From the NCBI GenBank assembly GCA_964480145.1, contig CAYZOI010000001.1, positions 4,530-68,529 on the forward strand: a stretch of 64,000 nt of DNA, in the 5' to 3' direction. Both the position numbers and the translations under genes were made by a program. This DNA comes from an uncultured Dehalococcoidaceae bacterium (lineage in GTDB: Bacteria > Chloroflexota > Dehalococcoidia > Dehalococcoidales > RBG-16-60-22). Shown here in pieces: positions 1 to 9,176 of the stretch. The notes under the pieces are model-generated. The model saw only the letters and a list, made by a program, of their open reading frames with translations, was not told the DNA's origin and did no database searches. Positions within the stretch are counted from its first letter, which is position 1, and each line of letters starts with the position of its first letter.

Positions 1-24
1 GCTAGTTTACATGGAAAAATAATG

Positions 25-33
25 TGGTATAAT
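25..33 (+). promoter_or_regulatory. extended -10 promoter element TGGTATAAT
   Basis: Read directly at 25-33, upstream of ATG54. No -35 can be assessed because the window starts here. Confidence 0.35.
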
Positions 34-53
34 CTGTGGAAAAGAGGTCTCAT

Positions 54-893
54 ATGCCAAGATGCCCTAATTGTGGTCGGGAGACACAGAGGACAGAGGA
101 CTGGGCCTGTCAGTGGTGCGGGCATCCGCTGCTATCCAGTGCTTTTAAGAGAATACCCAAAACCTACCGGGAGCTGCAGGAAGAGAGGTCGCCCAACGTG
201 AGGCTGGCCCCGGAAGAGGCGCCAGAGCCAGCACCGGTGCCGGAACCAACACCAGCACCGCCGGAAGCAGAAGCAGAGCCTGAACCACCACCTCCACTGG
301 AACCGGTCGCGGCAGTTGAAGCCGAGGCGGAGGTGGAGAGAGAGCCTGCGCCACCGCCTGAACTGGAACCCGGGACCATTGAGGGCAGCGAGCCGGTAAA
401 CGAACCGGAATCAGCACCGGTTGCCGAAGTTGAAGTGGCGCCAGCACCGGAGACGGAACCACCGCCGGAAGCAGAACCAGCCAAAGAGTCGGCAGCGGAA
501 GCTGAGCCCGAAGCAGCGGCGGTACCAGCACAGGAACCGGTAGCCGCGCCAACCCTGGAACCAGACCCAGCCACCGGCACCATAAACGCAACCGTGGAGG
601 AACTTAATGCCGCCTTCAATTCGGATAAGGCAGGCACGAATACTAAATTATTGAACAAGTTACTTAAAGTAACCGGACCCGTGCATAAAATATTTGCCAA
701 AGACAACCTGGATATCTTCTACATTATCCTGACCAGTGCCGGAAGACCATCGACCTGGCAGGTCCGCTGCACTTTCAGCCGCGAGCACGGTGCGTATTTA
801 TCGCGACTGACTGAAGGGCAGGAACAAACGGTACAGGGTACATATGTTGGCTACGAGAGGAATATCATTCTAAAAGAGTGCAGTCTGGTGTAG
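54..893 (+). CDS. Zn-ribbon protein with a long Pro/Glu/Ala-rich linker and a C-terminal OB-fold-like (tRNA_anti-like) domain
   Basis: ORF track 36..893. N-terminus CPNCG..x..CQWCG. About 170 aa of PEA low complexity, then a globular C-terminus. ATG54 is preferred over GTG36 because GTG36 lies 2 nt after the -10 element and AAGAGG (42-47) precedes ATG54. Confidence 0.7.
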   Translation: MPRCPNCGRETQRTEDWACQWCGHPLLSSAFKRIPKTYRELQEERSPNVRLAPEEAPEPAPVPEPTPAPPEAEAEPEPPPPLEPVAAVEAEAEVEREPAPPPELEPGTIEGSEPVNEPESAPVAEVEVAPAPETEPPPEAEPAKESAAEAEPEAAAVPAQEPVAAPTLEPDPATGTINATVEELNAAFNSDKAGTNTKLLNKLLKVTGPVHKIFAKDNLDIFYIILTSAGRPSTWQVRCTFSREHGAYLSRLTEGQEQTVQGTYVGYERNIILKECSLV

Positions 894-944
894 TGATATG
901 GCTAGATCTCTGAATTCCTAGTTGAAAGGAGGCAAAGTTTATCA

Positions 945-1028
945 ATGTCGACGACGCTGAGTATTGTTTTAATCGTTATCCTTGTTATCCTTGTCGTATT
1001 GTACTTCGTAATGAGGGGCAGGCGCTAG
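945..1028 (+). CDS. 27-aa hydrophobic micro-protein (MSTTLSIVLIVILVILVVLYFVMRGRR)
   Basis: Hand-translated and below the ORF-track cutoff. GGAGG lies 11 nt upstream of the ATG. One predicted TM helix with a basic tail. Confidence 0.35.
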   Translation: MSTTLSIVLIVILVILVVLYFVMRGRR

Positions 1029-1205
1029 AGCCGGCGTGGCTCGGTCCTTACTTAACTATCAATAGACGGCTACAGCACCTCCAGCCATATCGATAAAAAC
1101 CGGCTATTGGGAATAGCGCCTTTAGTGCTGCCCGGCCGACGTCTTTAATTGGCACTGAGTTTCGCCAAATGTCAAATAAGCGCCCACCGACCTGCCGATT
1201 TGCGG

Positions 1206-1234
1206 TGGACAGGTAAAACGGTTAGGTTTATAAT
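1206..1234 (+). promoter_or_regulatory. sigma70-like promoter for hpt (TGGACA, 17 nt spacer, TATAAT)
   Basis: -35 at 1206-1211 and -10 at 1229-1234, read directly. The hpt ATG is only 11 nt after the -10 and has no SD. Confidence 0.5.
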
Positions 1235-1245
1235 CTCAACTAGAT

Positions 1246-1779
1246 ATGAATTCCAAAGCAGAACTCCACGTCCTTTTCGACCGCCACGAGATTGAGACTG
1301 CTGTCAGGCGTCTCGCTTCCAAAATCAGTAAAGATTACCGCAACCAGAATCCTCTTCTGCTGGGCGTCCTCAGAGGCTCGTTTGTGTTTATGGCCGACCT
1401 CATCCGCCACCTCGATTTCCCTCTCGAGGTAGATTTCATCGGGCTATCCAGCTATGGCAGCAGTATGCAGAGCTCGGGCAAAATCAAAGTGGGCAAGCAT
1501 CTGGAGACGCCGGTACGGGAGAGGAATGTACTGGTCGTGGAGGACATTGTGGATACCGGCCTCACCACCGCCTTCCTCCTTCAGTACCTCAAAAGGCGAA
1601 AACCAGCTTCGGTGAAGCTCTGTGCCCTCACCGAAAAGCCCTCACGGCGGGAAGTTTCCGTGAACATTGACTACCTCGGTTTTACCGTGCCTGACAAGTT
1701 CCTCGTCGGTTACGGGCTGGATGCCAACCAGAAATGCCGCAACCTGCCCGATATCTGCTACCTGGAGGGCGAAACATAA
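1246..1779 (+). CDS. hpt: hypoxanthine-guanine phosphoribosyltransferase
   Basis: 177 aa. PRPP-binding motif VLVVEDIVDTGLT. Typical HPRT length and N-terminal region. Confidence 0.9.
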   Translation: MNSKAELHVLFDRHEIETAVRRLASKISKDYRNQNPLLLGVLRGSFVFMADLIRHLDFPLEVDFIGLSSYGSSMQSSGKIKVGKHLETPVRERNVLVVEDIVDTGLTTAFLLQYLKRRKPASVKLCALTEKPSRREVSVNIDYLGFTVPDKFLVGYGLDANQKCRNLPDICYLEGET

Positions 1780-3485
1780 TGGTATCCGGGCAGGCCAGAC
1801 TAATCGCGGTGGCCAGAGGAGACCAGCCCGCCGACCTCATCCTCGCCAATGCCGGGGTGGTAAATACCTTCACCGGTGAAGTCATAGCGGGCAACGTCGC
1901 CATCTGCGGTGACCGCATTGCCGGGGTGGGAGACTACCACGAAGCGAAGCAAACCCTGGACGTCTCCGGCAAGTACCTGTGCCCGGGTTTCATCGACGGC
2001 CACGTTCACCTGGAAAGCTCGATGCTTGATGTCGGCCAGTACGCGCAGGCAGTGGTGCCACGGGGCACGTCGGCCATCGTTACCGACCTGCATGAAATCG
2101 CCAATGTCTGCGGCCTGAAAGGGATGCGTTATGTGCTTGACTGCGTCCGCAAGCTGCCCCTCGACCTGTTCCTGATGGCGCCTTCCTGTGTGCCGGCAAC
2201 CCATCTGGAGACATCGGGAGCCAGCATCAGCCCCACAGACGTGCGCCAGATTATGCGCTGGCGGGAGACCATCGGTCTGGGGGAGGTTATGAACTTTCCC
2301 GGCGTCATCAACGGTGATGCCACGGTGCTGCACAAGATTGCCCTGAGCCGGAGAAAGATTATCGATGGGCATGCCCCTGGCGTCAGAGGAAAAGACCTCA
2401 GCGCCTACATCGCCGCCGGCATCGGCTCCGACCACGAATCAATGGCCCTTGAAGAGGCCAGGGAAAAACTGCAAAAGGGCATGTTCGTTATGATACGGGA
2501 AGGCTCTTCGGAAAAGAATCTGGAAGCCCTGCTGCCGCTGGTCACCGATAAGACCTATAAACGATGCCTCTTTGTCGTTGACGACCGCAGCGCTTCCGAC
2601 CTGCTTCACGACGGAGATATCGACGCCGTAGTGCGCAGGGCGATTAAACTCGGACTTGAGCCGGTGCGGGCCATCCAGCTGGCTACCATCAATGCCGCAG
2701 AGTATTTTCGCCTTGACGGCCTGGGGGCAATAGCTTCCGGCTACTTTGCCAATATTCTGGTGCTGGACGACCTGGATAACCTGTCGGTTAACACGGTCTT
2801 CTATCGCGGCCGACCGGTCGCCAGAGAAGGCAGGCCACTATTCCCACTACCGCAGGTGGATAACCGCACCGTAACCGGAACGGTAAATATAAAGCCGGTT
2901 ACCCTCGAAAAGCTGAGTTTGCCCGCTCCGTCAGCAGAACTGCCCGTCATTGAAGTCGTCCCGGGACAGATTGTTACCCGAAAGCGCTACCTTAAGGTCA
3001 GGACGGTCGATGGCCAGGTTATTTCTGATACGGAACGGGATATCCTGAAACTGGTGGTAGCCGAAAGGCACCGGGCAACCGGCAATGTGGGGCTGGGGAT
3101 GGTCACCGGCTTCGGGCTGAAGAAAGGAGCGCTCGCCTCCTCGGTTGCCCATGATTCGCACAACATCGTTGCCGTCGGGACAAGCGACGAAGATATAATG
3201 GCGGCGATTCAGGAAATCGAGCGCCTGCAGGGCGGTCTGGCGGCGGTGGCCGACGGCCAAATACTGGCCAGCCTGAGCCTGCCCATCGCCGGGCTACTTT
3301 CCGATGAACCGCTGGAAGCCGTGGTTGCCCAACTGGGCACGCTGGAGCAGAAAGCCAGGGAACTCGGCGCCAGGCTTCCCTCACCATTCGCCACCCTTTC
3401 TTTTCTCGCCCTGCCCGTGATTCCCGAACTCAAACTCACCGACCGGGGATTGGTGGATGTGACTGAATTCAGGCTAATCAGCTGA
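1779..3485 (+). CDS. ade: adenine deaminase
   Basis: Amidohydrolase motif GFIDGHVHLESS with adenine-deaminase-like length. Start moved from 1734 to ATG1779 (MVSGQARL), which overlaps the hpt TAA by 1 nt. Confidence 0.85.
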   Translation: MVSGQARLIAVARGDQPADLILANAGVVNTFTGEVIAGNVAICGDRIAGVGDYHEAKQTLDVSGKYLCPGFIDGHVHLESSMLDVGQYAQAVVPRGTSAIVTDLHEIANVCGLKGMRYVLDCVRKLPLDLFLMAPSCVPATHLETSGASISPTDVRQIMRWRETIGLGEVMNFPGVINGDATVLHKIALSRRKIIDGHAPGVRGKDLSAYIAAGIGSDHESMALEEAREKLQKGMFVMIREGSSEKNLEALLPLVTDKTYKRCLFVVDDRSASDLLHDGDIDAVVRRAIKLGLEPVRAIQLATINAAEYFRLDGLGAIASGYFANILVLDDLDNLSVNTVFYRGRPVAREGRPLFPLPQVDNRTVTGTVNIKPVTLEKLSLPAPSAELPVIEVVPGQIVTRKRYLKVRTVDGQVISDTERDILKLVVAERHRATGNVGLGMVTGFGLKKGALASSVAHDSHNIVAVGTSDEDIMAAIQEIERLQGGLAAVADGQILASLSLPIAGLLSDEPLEAVVAQLGTLEQKARELGARLPSPFATLSFLALPVIPELKLTDRGLVDVTEFRLIS

Positions 3486-3503
3486 AAAGAGGTACTGGCA
3501 AAG

Positions 3504-4205
3504 TTGAGTATGCGTCAAACCAGACAGGAACCAGTTTTCGAGAGCCGCTACGATGCCGGCCGACAGCTGGCGACCTGGCTGGCCGAGTACCGGAACCAGT
3601 CGGCCGTAGTGCTGGCAATTCCCAATGGCGGGGTACTGATCGGGCTGGGGGTGGCGCTGGCACTCAATGCCGAGTTCAATATCATCATCTCGCGTAAAAT
3701 CCCCCTGCCACTCAGCCCTGAGGGCGGCTTTGGCGCTGTAACCGATGATGGCACCACCATACTCAATGAGGATATGGTAAAGCGATTTAATCTGAGCCAG
3801 CAACAGATAAACTATCAGGTGAGCCAGGTAAGAACCGCCATCCGACAGCGAAGCCTGCTCTACCACGGCAAAAAACCTCCCTCTCTGGTCAAAGGCAAGA
3901 GGGTGATAATCGTGGATGACGGGCTGGCTTCCGGCTATACCATGATGGCCGCTGTAGAATCGATACGATATCGTCAGCCCCGGGAGATAATCGTCGCCGT
4001 GCCGGTGGCATCGGCCGCCGCATTGCCCAAGGTGGAAAAAGTGGCCAACAAGGTGATTGCCTGCGTGTCCGGTTTCGGCCCGGAATTTTATGTCTCCGAC
4101 TTCTACCGCTACTGGCATGATCCCAGCGACAAAGAAGTGCTCCAGTGTTTCAAGGAGTGGGGGCTCAGGCACCGCCCGGATATAGAATCACTGGGTAAAA
4201 AATAA
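3504..4205 (+). CDS. phosphoribosyltransferase-domain protein (substrate unknown)
   Basis: 233 aa. PRTase loop VIIVDDGLASGYTM. Lies in the same cluster as hpt and ade. Confidence 0.7.
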   Translation: MSMRQTRQEPVFESRYDAGRQLATWLAEYRNQSAVVLAIPNGGVLIGLGVALALNAEFNIIISRKIPLPLSPEGGFGAVTDDGTTILNEDMVKRFNLSQQQINYQVSQVRTAIRQRSLLYHGKKPPSLVKGKRVIIVDDGLASGYTMMAAVESIRYRQPREIIVAVPVASAAALPKVEKVANKVIACVSGFGPEFYVSDFYRYWHDPSDKEVLQCFKEWGLRHRPDIESLGKK

Positions 4206-4237
4206 ATAATCAGAAATCAGTATAGTCCGCTTATATT

Positions 4238-4981
4238 TTACAGTCCCCCCAGTCCCCCATCCACACCCAGAACCTGACCGGTGATATACCTCGCCTCTTC
4301 GGACGACAGAAACGCCACCGCCTCGGCCACATCGCGCGGCGTGCCCAGAAAGCCAAGCGGTATCCGTTTCAGCATCTCACTTTTCTGTTCCTCGCTCAGT
4401 TGCTCGGTCATTTTGGAGACAATAAAACCGGGAGCAATGGCGTTGACCGTAATGCCGCGCGAGCCAACCTCACGGGCCATGGTTTTGGTAAAGCCAATTA
4501 TCCCCGCTTTAGATGAAGCGTAGTTTGCCTGTCCGGGGTTGCCCACGATGCCCACGATGCTGGATATGCTGACAATGCGACCCCACCTCTGCTTGACCAT
4601 CTGACGCAGTACGGCGCGGGTGCACAGGAAAACGCTCTTCAAATTTACATTGAGCACCGTTTCCCAGTCCTCATCCGACATCCGCATTAAAAGCTGGTCG
4701 CGGGCAATGCCAGCGTTATTTACCAGAATATCAACCCGTCCGTATTCAGCGGTCACTTTTTCCACCATACCGGCCACATCAGACGCGGAGGTGACATCGG
4801 CCGCCACCGCCAGGCTCTTGCGGCCCATCTTCCTTATCTCCTCAGCCGCCGGCTCCGCATCGGCAACGTCACTGACGGCAACAGTCGCGCCGGCCTCGGC
4901 CAGCCTGAGCGCAATCTCCCTGCCAATGCCACGAGCACTGCCGGTGATAATGGCTACCTTGCCGGAAAGATCCATGTTCAC
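4238..4981 (-). CDS. fabG: 3-oxoacyl-ACP reductase (SDR family)
   Basis: 247 aa. TGSARGIG cofactor motif, NNAG, YASSK catalytic motif. Sits directly downstream of fabD. Confidence 0.85.
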   Translation of the reverse strand: MNMDLSGKVAIITGSARGIGREIALRLAEAGATVAVSDVADAEPAAEEIRKMGRKSLAVAADVTSASDVAGMVEKVTAEYGRVDILVNNAGIARDQLLMRMSDEDWETVLNVNLKSVFLCTRAVLRQMVKQRWGRIVSISSIVGIVGNPGQANYASSKAGIIGFTKTMAREVGSRGITVNAIAPGFIVSKMTEQLSEEQKSEMLKRIPLGFLGTPRDVAEAVAFLSSEEARYITGQVLGVDGGLGGL

Positions 4982-4990
4982 CTCCTCGGG

Positions 4991-5935
4991 TTATGTCAGG
5001 CGGCTGCTTACCGTCTGCGCATCTCCAATATTCAGGGTCTGTACCTCCCGGTTTATCCGCTTTACCAGGCCGGTAAGCACTTTTCCCGGACCTATCTCAA
5101 TAAACGCGTTCACGCCTTCATCGACCATGTATTCCACGGAACGCTGCCACTGGACACAATTGCACAGCTGATGGACAAGCTCTTCCTTTACTGCCTGCAC
5201 CGTGGTCAGGGGCTGAGCAGTGGTATTGGCGATGACGGGAATAGAAGGGTCAGCAAAAGCAGGCTGTGATATGATTGCTGTCATGCTCTCAACAACGGGC
5301 TGCATCAGCGGAGTGTGAAACGCCGCGCTTACCGGCAGTGGTATCACACGGGCGGCACCTTTTTCTCTGGCCAGCTCCATGGCTTCCGTCACGCCATCTT
5401 TATCGCCGCCTATAACCAGTTGCCCCGGCGAATTCACGTTCGCAATACAGGTTCCCGTCTGCTGGCATACCTCGCTCAGCACCGACTCTTCAAGACCGAT
5501 AACCGCCGCCATGCTCCCAGGACGAGTGGTGTTGGCCTCATGCATCAGACGACCCCGCTCCCTCGCCAGATAGACCGCAGTCTTGAAATCAAACACGCCG
5601 GATACAGCCAGCGCGGTATACTCACCAAGGCTGTGACCGGCAACAAACCTGGGCGGCGGCAGATTGGAATTGACCTCGCGGGCAGCTTCCAGGCAGGCAT
5701 AGCTGACGACCAGAATGGCTGGCTGGGCGTTTATGGTCTGCCGCAGTTCCTCCTCAGGGCCTTCAAAACATAGCCTTGAGAGAGGAAACCCCAGCACTTC
5801 ATCAGCCTGGTGGAAGACGGCCTTCGCTGAAGCGAAGGTCTCATAAAGGTCATGCCCCATGCCTGCCCGCTGCGCACCCTGACCGGGAAAGACGTAGGCT
5901 ATTTCAGTTGGTTCAACCATAGATTCCCACTGCAC
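4991..5935 (-). CDS. fabD: malonyl-CoA:ACP transacylase
   Basis: 314 aa. FPGQGAQ and GHSLGEYTA active-site motifs. The true start could be the internal Met at residue 6. Confidence 0.9.
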   Translation of the reverse strand: MQWESMVEPTEIAYVFPGQGAQRAGMGHDLYETFASAKAVFHQADEVLGFPLSRLCFEGPEEELRQTINAQPAILVVSYACLEAAREVNSNLPPPRFVAGHSLGEYTALAVSGVFDFKTAVYLARERGRLMHEANTTRPGSMAAVIGLEESVLSEVCQQTGTCIANVNSPGQLVIGGDKDGVTEAMELAREKGAARVIPLPVSAAFHTPLMQPVVESMTAIISQPAFADPSIPVIANTTAQPLTTVQAVKEELVHQLCNCVQWQRSVEYMVDEGVNAFIEIGPGKVLTGLVKRINREVQTLNIGDAQTVSSRLT

Positions 5936-5956
5936 ACTGAATCGGAGGGGAAGACC

Positions 5957-6157
5957 CTATTCAGACCTTCCTGATGGTCCCGGCATCTCAATGATCTCTC
6001 TGCCGGCGTAATTGCCACAGGTAGGGCAGGCGTGATGTGGCAGCTTCGGGTTATGGCACTGGGGGCAGTAATCAAACTGGGGGGGCTTCAATGCCAGATG
6101 GCTTCGCCTCTTACCACGGCGCGCCTTGGATAACTTTCTTTTTGGTAGTGCTCCCAT
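5957..6157 (-). CDS. rpmF: 50S ribosomal protein L32
   Basis: 66 aa. PKRKLSKARRGKRRSH N-terminus and a CPxC..CPxCG zinc-ribbon form. Confidence 0.9.
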   Translation of the reverse strand: MGALPKRKLSKARRGKRRSHLALKPPQFDYCPQCHNPKLPHHACPTCGNYAGREIIEMPGPSGRSE

Positions 6158-6177
6158 AATCTGCGTTTCCTCTTACT

Positions 6178-6705
6178 TTATTTGCCGAGCTGTGCCAGAT
6201 TCATCAGTTTCGACCAGCGCGGGTCAACTGTCCGCACGGGGCAACCGCAGGGTCCCTGGTTCAAATTGCGCCCGCACTCAGGGCATATCCCGGCACAGCC
6301 CTCGTGACACAGCGGTTTCATCGGTATCGCCAGCCATGCATACTGGCGTATGGCTTCACTCAAATCAATGACGTGATGCTCGTCAATGGCGAATGAACCG
6401 GGCTCACCGGAAGGCTCAAGCGGCAATCCGCTATTGACGTCGACGGTCTGCAGGTATTCCTCCTCCAAACTTATATCCAGCGGACAGTTAAAAGCGCTCA
6501 GGCAGCGGCTGCAGGTCAGTTCGAACTCGGTATGCAGTTTTCCCCTGACCAGAATGCCGCGATGCGTTCTGAGCAGGCTGACGTCGCCGCTTACCACGCT
6601 GTCACGCTCTTCGACAATATCAAGATTGTCGTCTATTTTATATTTACGGGATGACCCGATGGGTTCCTTGAGCAACTGGGAAACATTTATCTCCATAACA
6701 GCCAC
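6178..6705 (-). CDS. yceD: DUF177/YceD-family protein (large-subunit rRNA accumulation)
   Basis: 175 aa. C-terminal Cys cluster CxxxCxGxCxxCG. Conserved position upstream of rpmF. Confidence 0.8.
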   Translation of the reverse strand: MAVMEINVSQLLKEPIGSSRKYKIDDNLDIVEERDSVVSGDVSLLRTHRGILVRGKLHTEFELTCSRCLSAFNCPLDISLEEEYLQTVDVNSGLPLEPSGEPGSFAIDEHHVIDLSEAIRQYAWLAIPMKPLCHEGCAGICPECGRNLNQGPCGCPVRTVDPRWSKLMNLAQLGK

Positions 6706-6776
6706 CTCCTCACCAGCCAGTTCATTCCATTATAAGGCAAGCGGCGTATTCGCCGCAAGCTCGGTAAAGCGTGATA

Positions 6777-7379
6777 CTATGAGTTCATCGCTTTAATTAT
6801 GGTGATGAGTCCGTCGTTGAGATAATCTCTCCCGGCCTCGGCAAGCCGGTTTCTGGCCAAAAGCACTTCCAGCCCACCCTGCGCCAGGTAATCTCTGAAA
6901 CAACGATGATGATTTCTGCCGGCGAAAAATTCAAGAACCCTGACCAAGCGGGAGAACAGAGTATTGGGCAGTGGAACCTGAAAATCGAGGAAAATCAAAG
7001 CGCCGCCTTTCCTGACCACCCTTTTCATTTCGGCAATTATTTTATCCCGGGCGGCCCTCTCTTTTTCGTGCAGGGCGAAAGATATGGAGGCATAGTCAAA
7101 GCTGTTATCCTTGAATGGCATATAGCAGGCATCAGCTCGCTGAAATGAGACATTGTCCCTTTTTCTTTTATCTCTCCCTGCCAACTTGAGCATATTCGGA
7201 TCCAAGTCGATGCCCGTAGCCATGATACCAGCCCCAGCGTAATAAAAGGCCTGGTCTCCGGTCCCGCAGCAGACATCCAGGACCATGTCCCCGGCCTTCA
7301 TTCCGGAAAAGTATATGGTGTGAAGTCTGATGCCTCGCAGGAGGGGGTCTATCAAAGTTGAATAGTTTAGAAAAAGCAC
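6777..7379 (-). CDS. class I SAM-dependent methyltransferase
   Basis: 200 aa. SAM motif VLDVCCGTGD. Methyltransf_11-like layout. Confidence 0.75.
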   Translation of the reverse strand: MLFLNYSTLIDPLLRGIRLHTIYFSGMKAGDMVLDVCCGTGDQAFYYAGAGIMATGIDLDPNMLKLAGRDKRKRDNVSFQRADACYMPFKDNSFDYASISFALHEKERAARDKIIAEMKRVVRKGGALIFLDFQVPLPNTLFSRLVRVLEFFAGRNHHRCFRDYLAQGGLEVLLARNRLAEAGRDYLNDGLITIIKAMNS

Positions 7380-7383
7380 TGGA

Positions 7384-8379
7384 TTACCGCTTCTTCAGCT
7401 TTTCGATTAGCAGCGGCACTACCTGAAACAGGTCGCCGACGATGCCGTAGGTGGCCACTTCAAAGATGGGGGCATTGGGGTCGTCATTGATGGCAACGAT
7501 ACACCCGGAGGTCTGCATGCCCACCGTGTGTTGCAGGGCCCCGGAAATGCCCACGGCGATATACAGCCCGGGGCAGACCGTTTTCCCGGTCTGGCCTATC
7601 TGGTGCGAATAGGCAACCCACCCCTCGTCCACCGCCGCGCGTGTGGCGCCCACCGCCGCGCCCATGACCGAAGCCAGCTCATTGAGCATCTCGAAATTCT
7701 CCGCCTTTTCCAAGCCTCTACCCCCGGCAACGATGACGTCTGCTTCCTCAATCCTGACCGTTTCCGCAACTTCCTCAATAAAGTCGATAAGTTTTGTCCT
7801 TGAGGTGATGCTCTCTCGCTTGAAGTCTATTTTTATTATTTCCCCTTTTCGGCCGCCATCCGGTTCGCGCCGGGAAAAGACATGGGGTCGCACCGTCGCC
7901 ATCTGCGGTCGTGCTTCCGGGCAGGTTATGACGGCCATGATATTGCCGCCAAAGGTTGGCTTCGTCTGCAGGAGCAGCCTCTTCTCAGCATCGATATCCA
8001 GACCGATACAGTCGGCGGAGAGGCCGGTGGGCAATGCCGCCGCCACCCGGGGAACGAAGGCGCGTCCCAGCGCGGTGGCTCCAGCCAGAACTATCTCCGG
8101 TCGGTGCTGCTGAATCAGCTCGACGAGCTGCTGCGTCAGAAGGTCTTCCTGGTTGTTCGCCAGTTCGGGACTATCGACAAGATAGATTTTGTCGGCACCA
8201 TGGGCTATCAAACTGTTGACATCATCGACTTCATGTCCCAAACATACGGCGCTCAATTCCGCCTTTAAAGCATCCGCCAGGCTTCTTCCCCTGGCCAGGA
8301 GCTCATAGACGACGCCCCTGATTTCGCCGTTTCGCTGCTCGGCAAACACCCAGACTCCCTGATAATTCACGTTACTCAT
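7384..8379 (-). CDS. etfA: electron transfer flavoprotein alpha subunit
   Basis: 331 aa. FAD-binding C-terminal half (..IAVGISGALQH..) and pairing with etfB. Confidence 0.9.
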   Translation of the reverse strand: MSNVNYQGVWVFAEQRNGEIRGVVYELLARGRSLADALKAELSAVCLGHEVDDVNSLIAHGADKIYLVDSPELANNQEDLLTQQLVELIQQHRPEIVLAGATALGRAFVPRVAAALPTGLSADCIGLDIDAEKRLLLQTKPTFGGNIMAVITCPEARPQMATVRPHVFSRREPDGGRKGEIIKIDFKRESITSRTKLIDFIEEVAETVRIEEADVIVAGGRGLEKAENFEMLNELASVMGAAVGATRAAVDEGWVAYSHQIGQTGKTVCPGLYIAVGISGALQHTVGMQTSGCIVAINDDPNAPIFEVATYGIVGDLFQVVPLLIEKLKKR

Positions 8380-8390
8380 ACCTTTTAACT

Positions 8391-9176
8391 TCAGACCAGT
8401 CCATCATCTTTTAACCGGCCAATCAGGCAGTCCACCTGATTTTCTACATCTCCCTGAAATATCTCACCCTGATGTTCCTGCTGGGGAGAGAATATCCTGA
8501 TGACCCGGGTGAAAGAGCCCGCCATACCGACCCTGCCCGGGTCAATGTTTAACTCTTTGACTCCCCATACCGGTATGCTGGCGCTTTTCGAGCGGGCAAT
8601 GCCGCGCAGTGAGGGAAGACGCGGCGCGTTAATCTCTTTGACCACGGTGATAACGGCAGGGAGGGGGCTTTCCATGACCTCGTACCCGTCTTCAACCATG
8701 CGCCGGACACGTATCCCGCCATCAGCTATCTCCTCTATCTGGCTGACATAGGCGACAAACGGGAGGCAAAGCATCTCGGCGAGCTGTGGGCCCACCTGCC
8801 CGGTATCACCGTCCAGTGTCTGCCGACCGCAGACGATAAGGTCATACTGCTCCAGCTTGCGGAGCGCCATCGATAGCGTGCAGGAGGTCGCCCAGGTATC
8901 GGCACCGGCGAATGCCGGGTCGCTCAACAGAATGCCCTCGTCGGCACCGAGGGAGACGGCTTCCCTCAGGGCGGCTTCTGTTTGGGGTGGCCCCATGCTG
9001 ATGGCGGTTACCTTGCCGCCAAACCTCTCTCTCAGCCGGACGCCTTCTTCAATGGCGTAGGTATCAAAAGGGTTGATGATGTTCTCAATACCCTCACGGA
9101 TGAGGGTATTGGTCTCGGGGTCGATTTTTACCTGCGTGGTACCGGGCACCTGTTTCAGGCAGACGACGACGTTCAT
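8391..9176 (-). CDS. etfB: electron transfer flavoprotein beta subunit
   Basis: 261 aa. N-terminus MNVVVCLKQVPGT is typical of EtfB. Overlaps the acyl-CoA dehydrogenase stop by 4 nt. Confidence 0.9.
   Translation of the reverse strand: MNVVVCLKQVPGTTQVKIDPETNTLIREGIENIINPFDTYAIEEGVRLRERFGGKVTAISMGPPQTEAALREAVSLGADEGILLSDPAFAGADTWATSCTLSMALRKLEQYDLIVCGRQTLDGDTGQVGPQLAEMLCLPFVAYVSQIEEIADGGIRVRRMVEDGYEVMESPLPAVITVVKEINAPRLPSLRGIARSKSASIPVWGVKELNIDPGRVGMAGSFTRVIRIFSPQQEHQGEIFQGDVENQVDCLIGRLKDDGLV

Noticed and set aside
145-706. Two long antisense ORFs (148 aa and 180 aa) opposite the first gene
   Set aside because: They lie entirely within the Pro/Glu/Ala-coding low-complexity repeat. GC-rich repeats are stop-free on the opposite strand, and the products are themselves low-complexity (G/S/A- or L/P/V-rich) with no start context.
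1029-1245. Purine riboswitch upstream of hpt
   Set aside because: I could not find the conserved purine-riboswitch loop/junction sequences. A good promoter sits only 11 nt from the ATG, leaving no room for a leader. The ACCTG..CAGGT hairpin at about 1183-1213 overlaps the -35 region.
1734-1778. Upstream extension of adenine deaminase (track start 1734)
   Set aside because: It would overlap the last 15 codons of hpt. ATG1779 gives a classic TAATG-type junction and a normal N-terminus.
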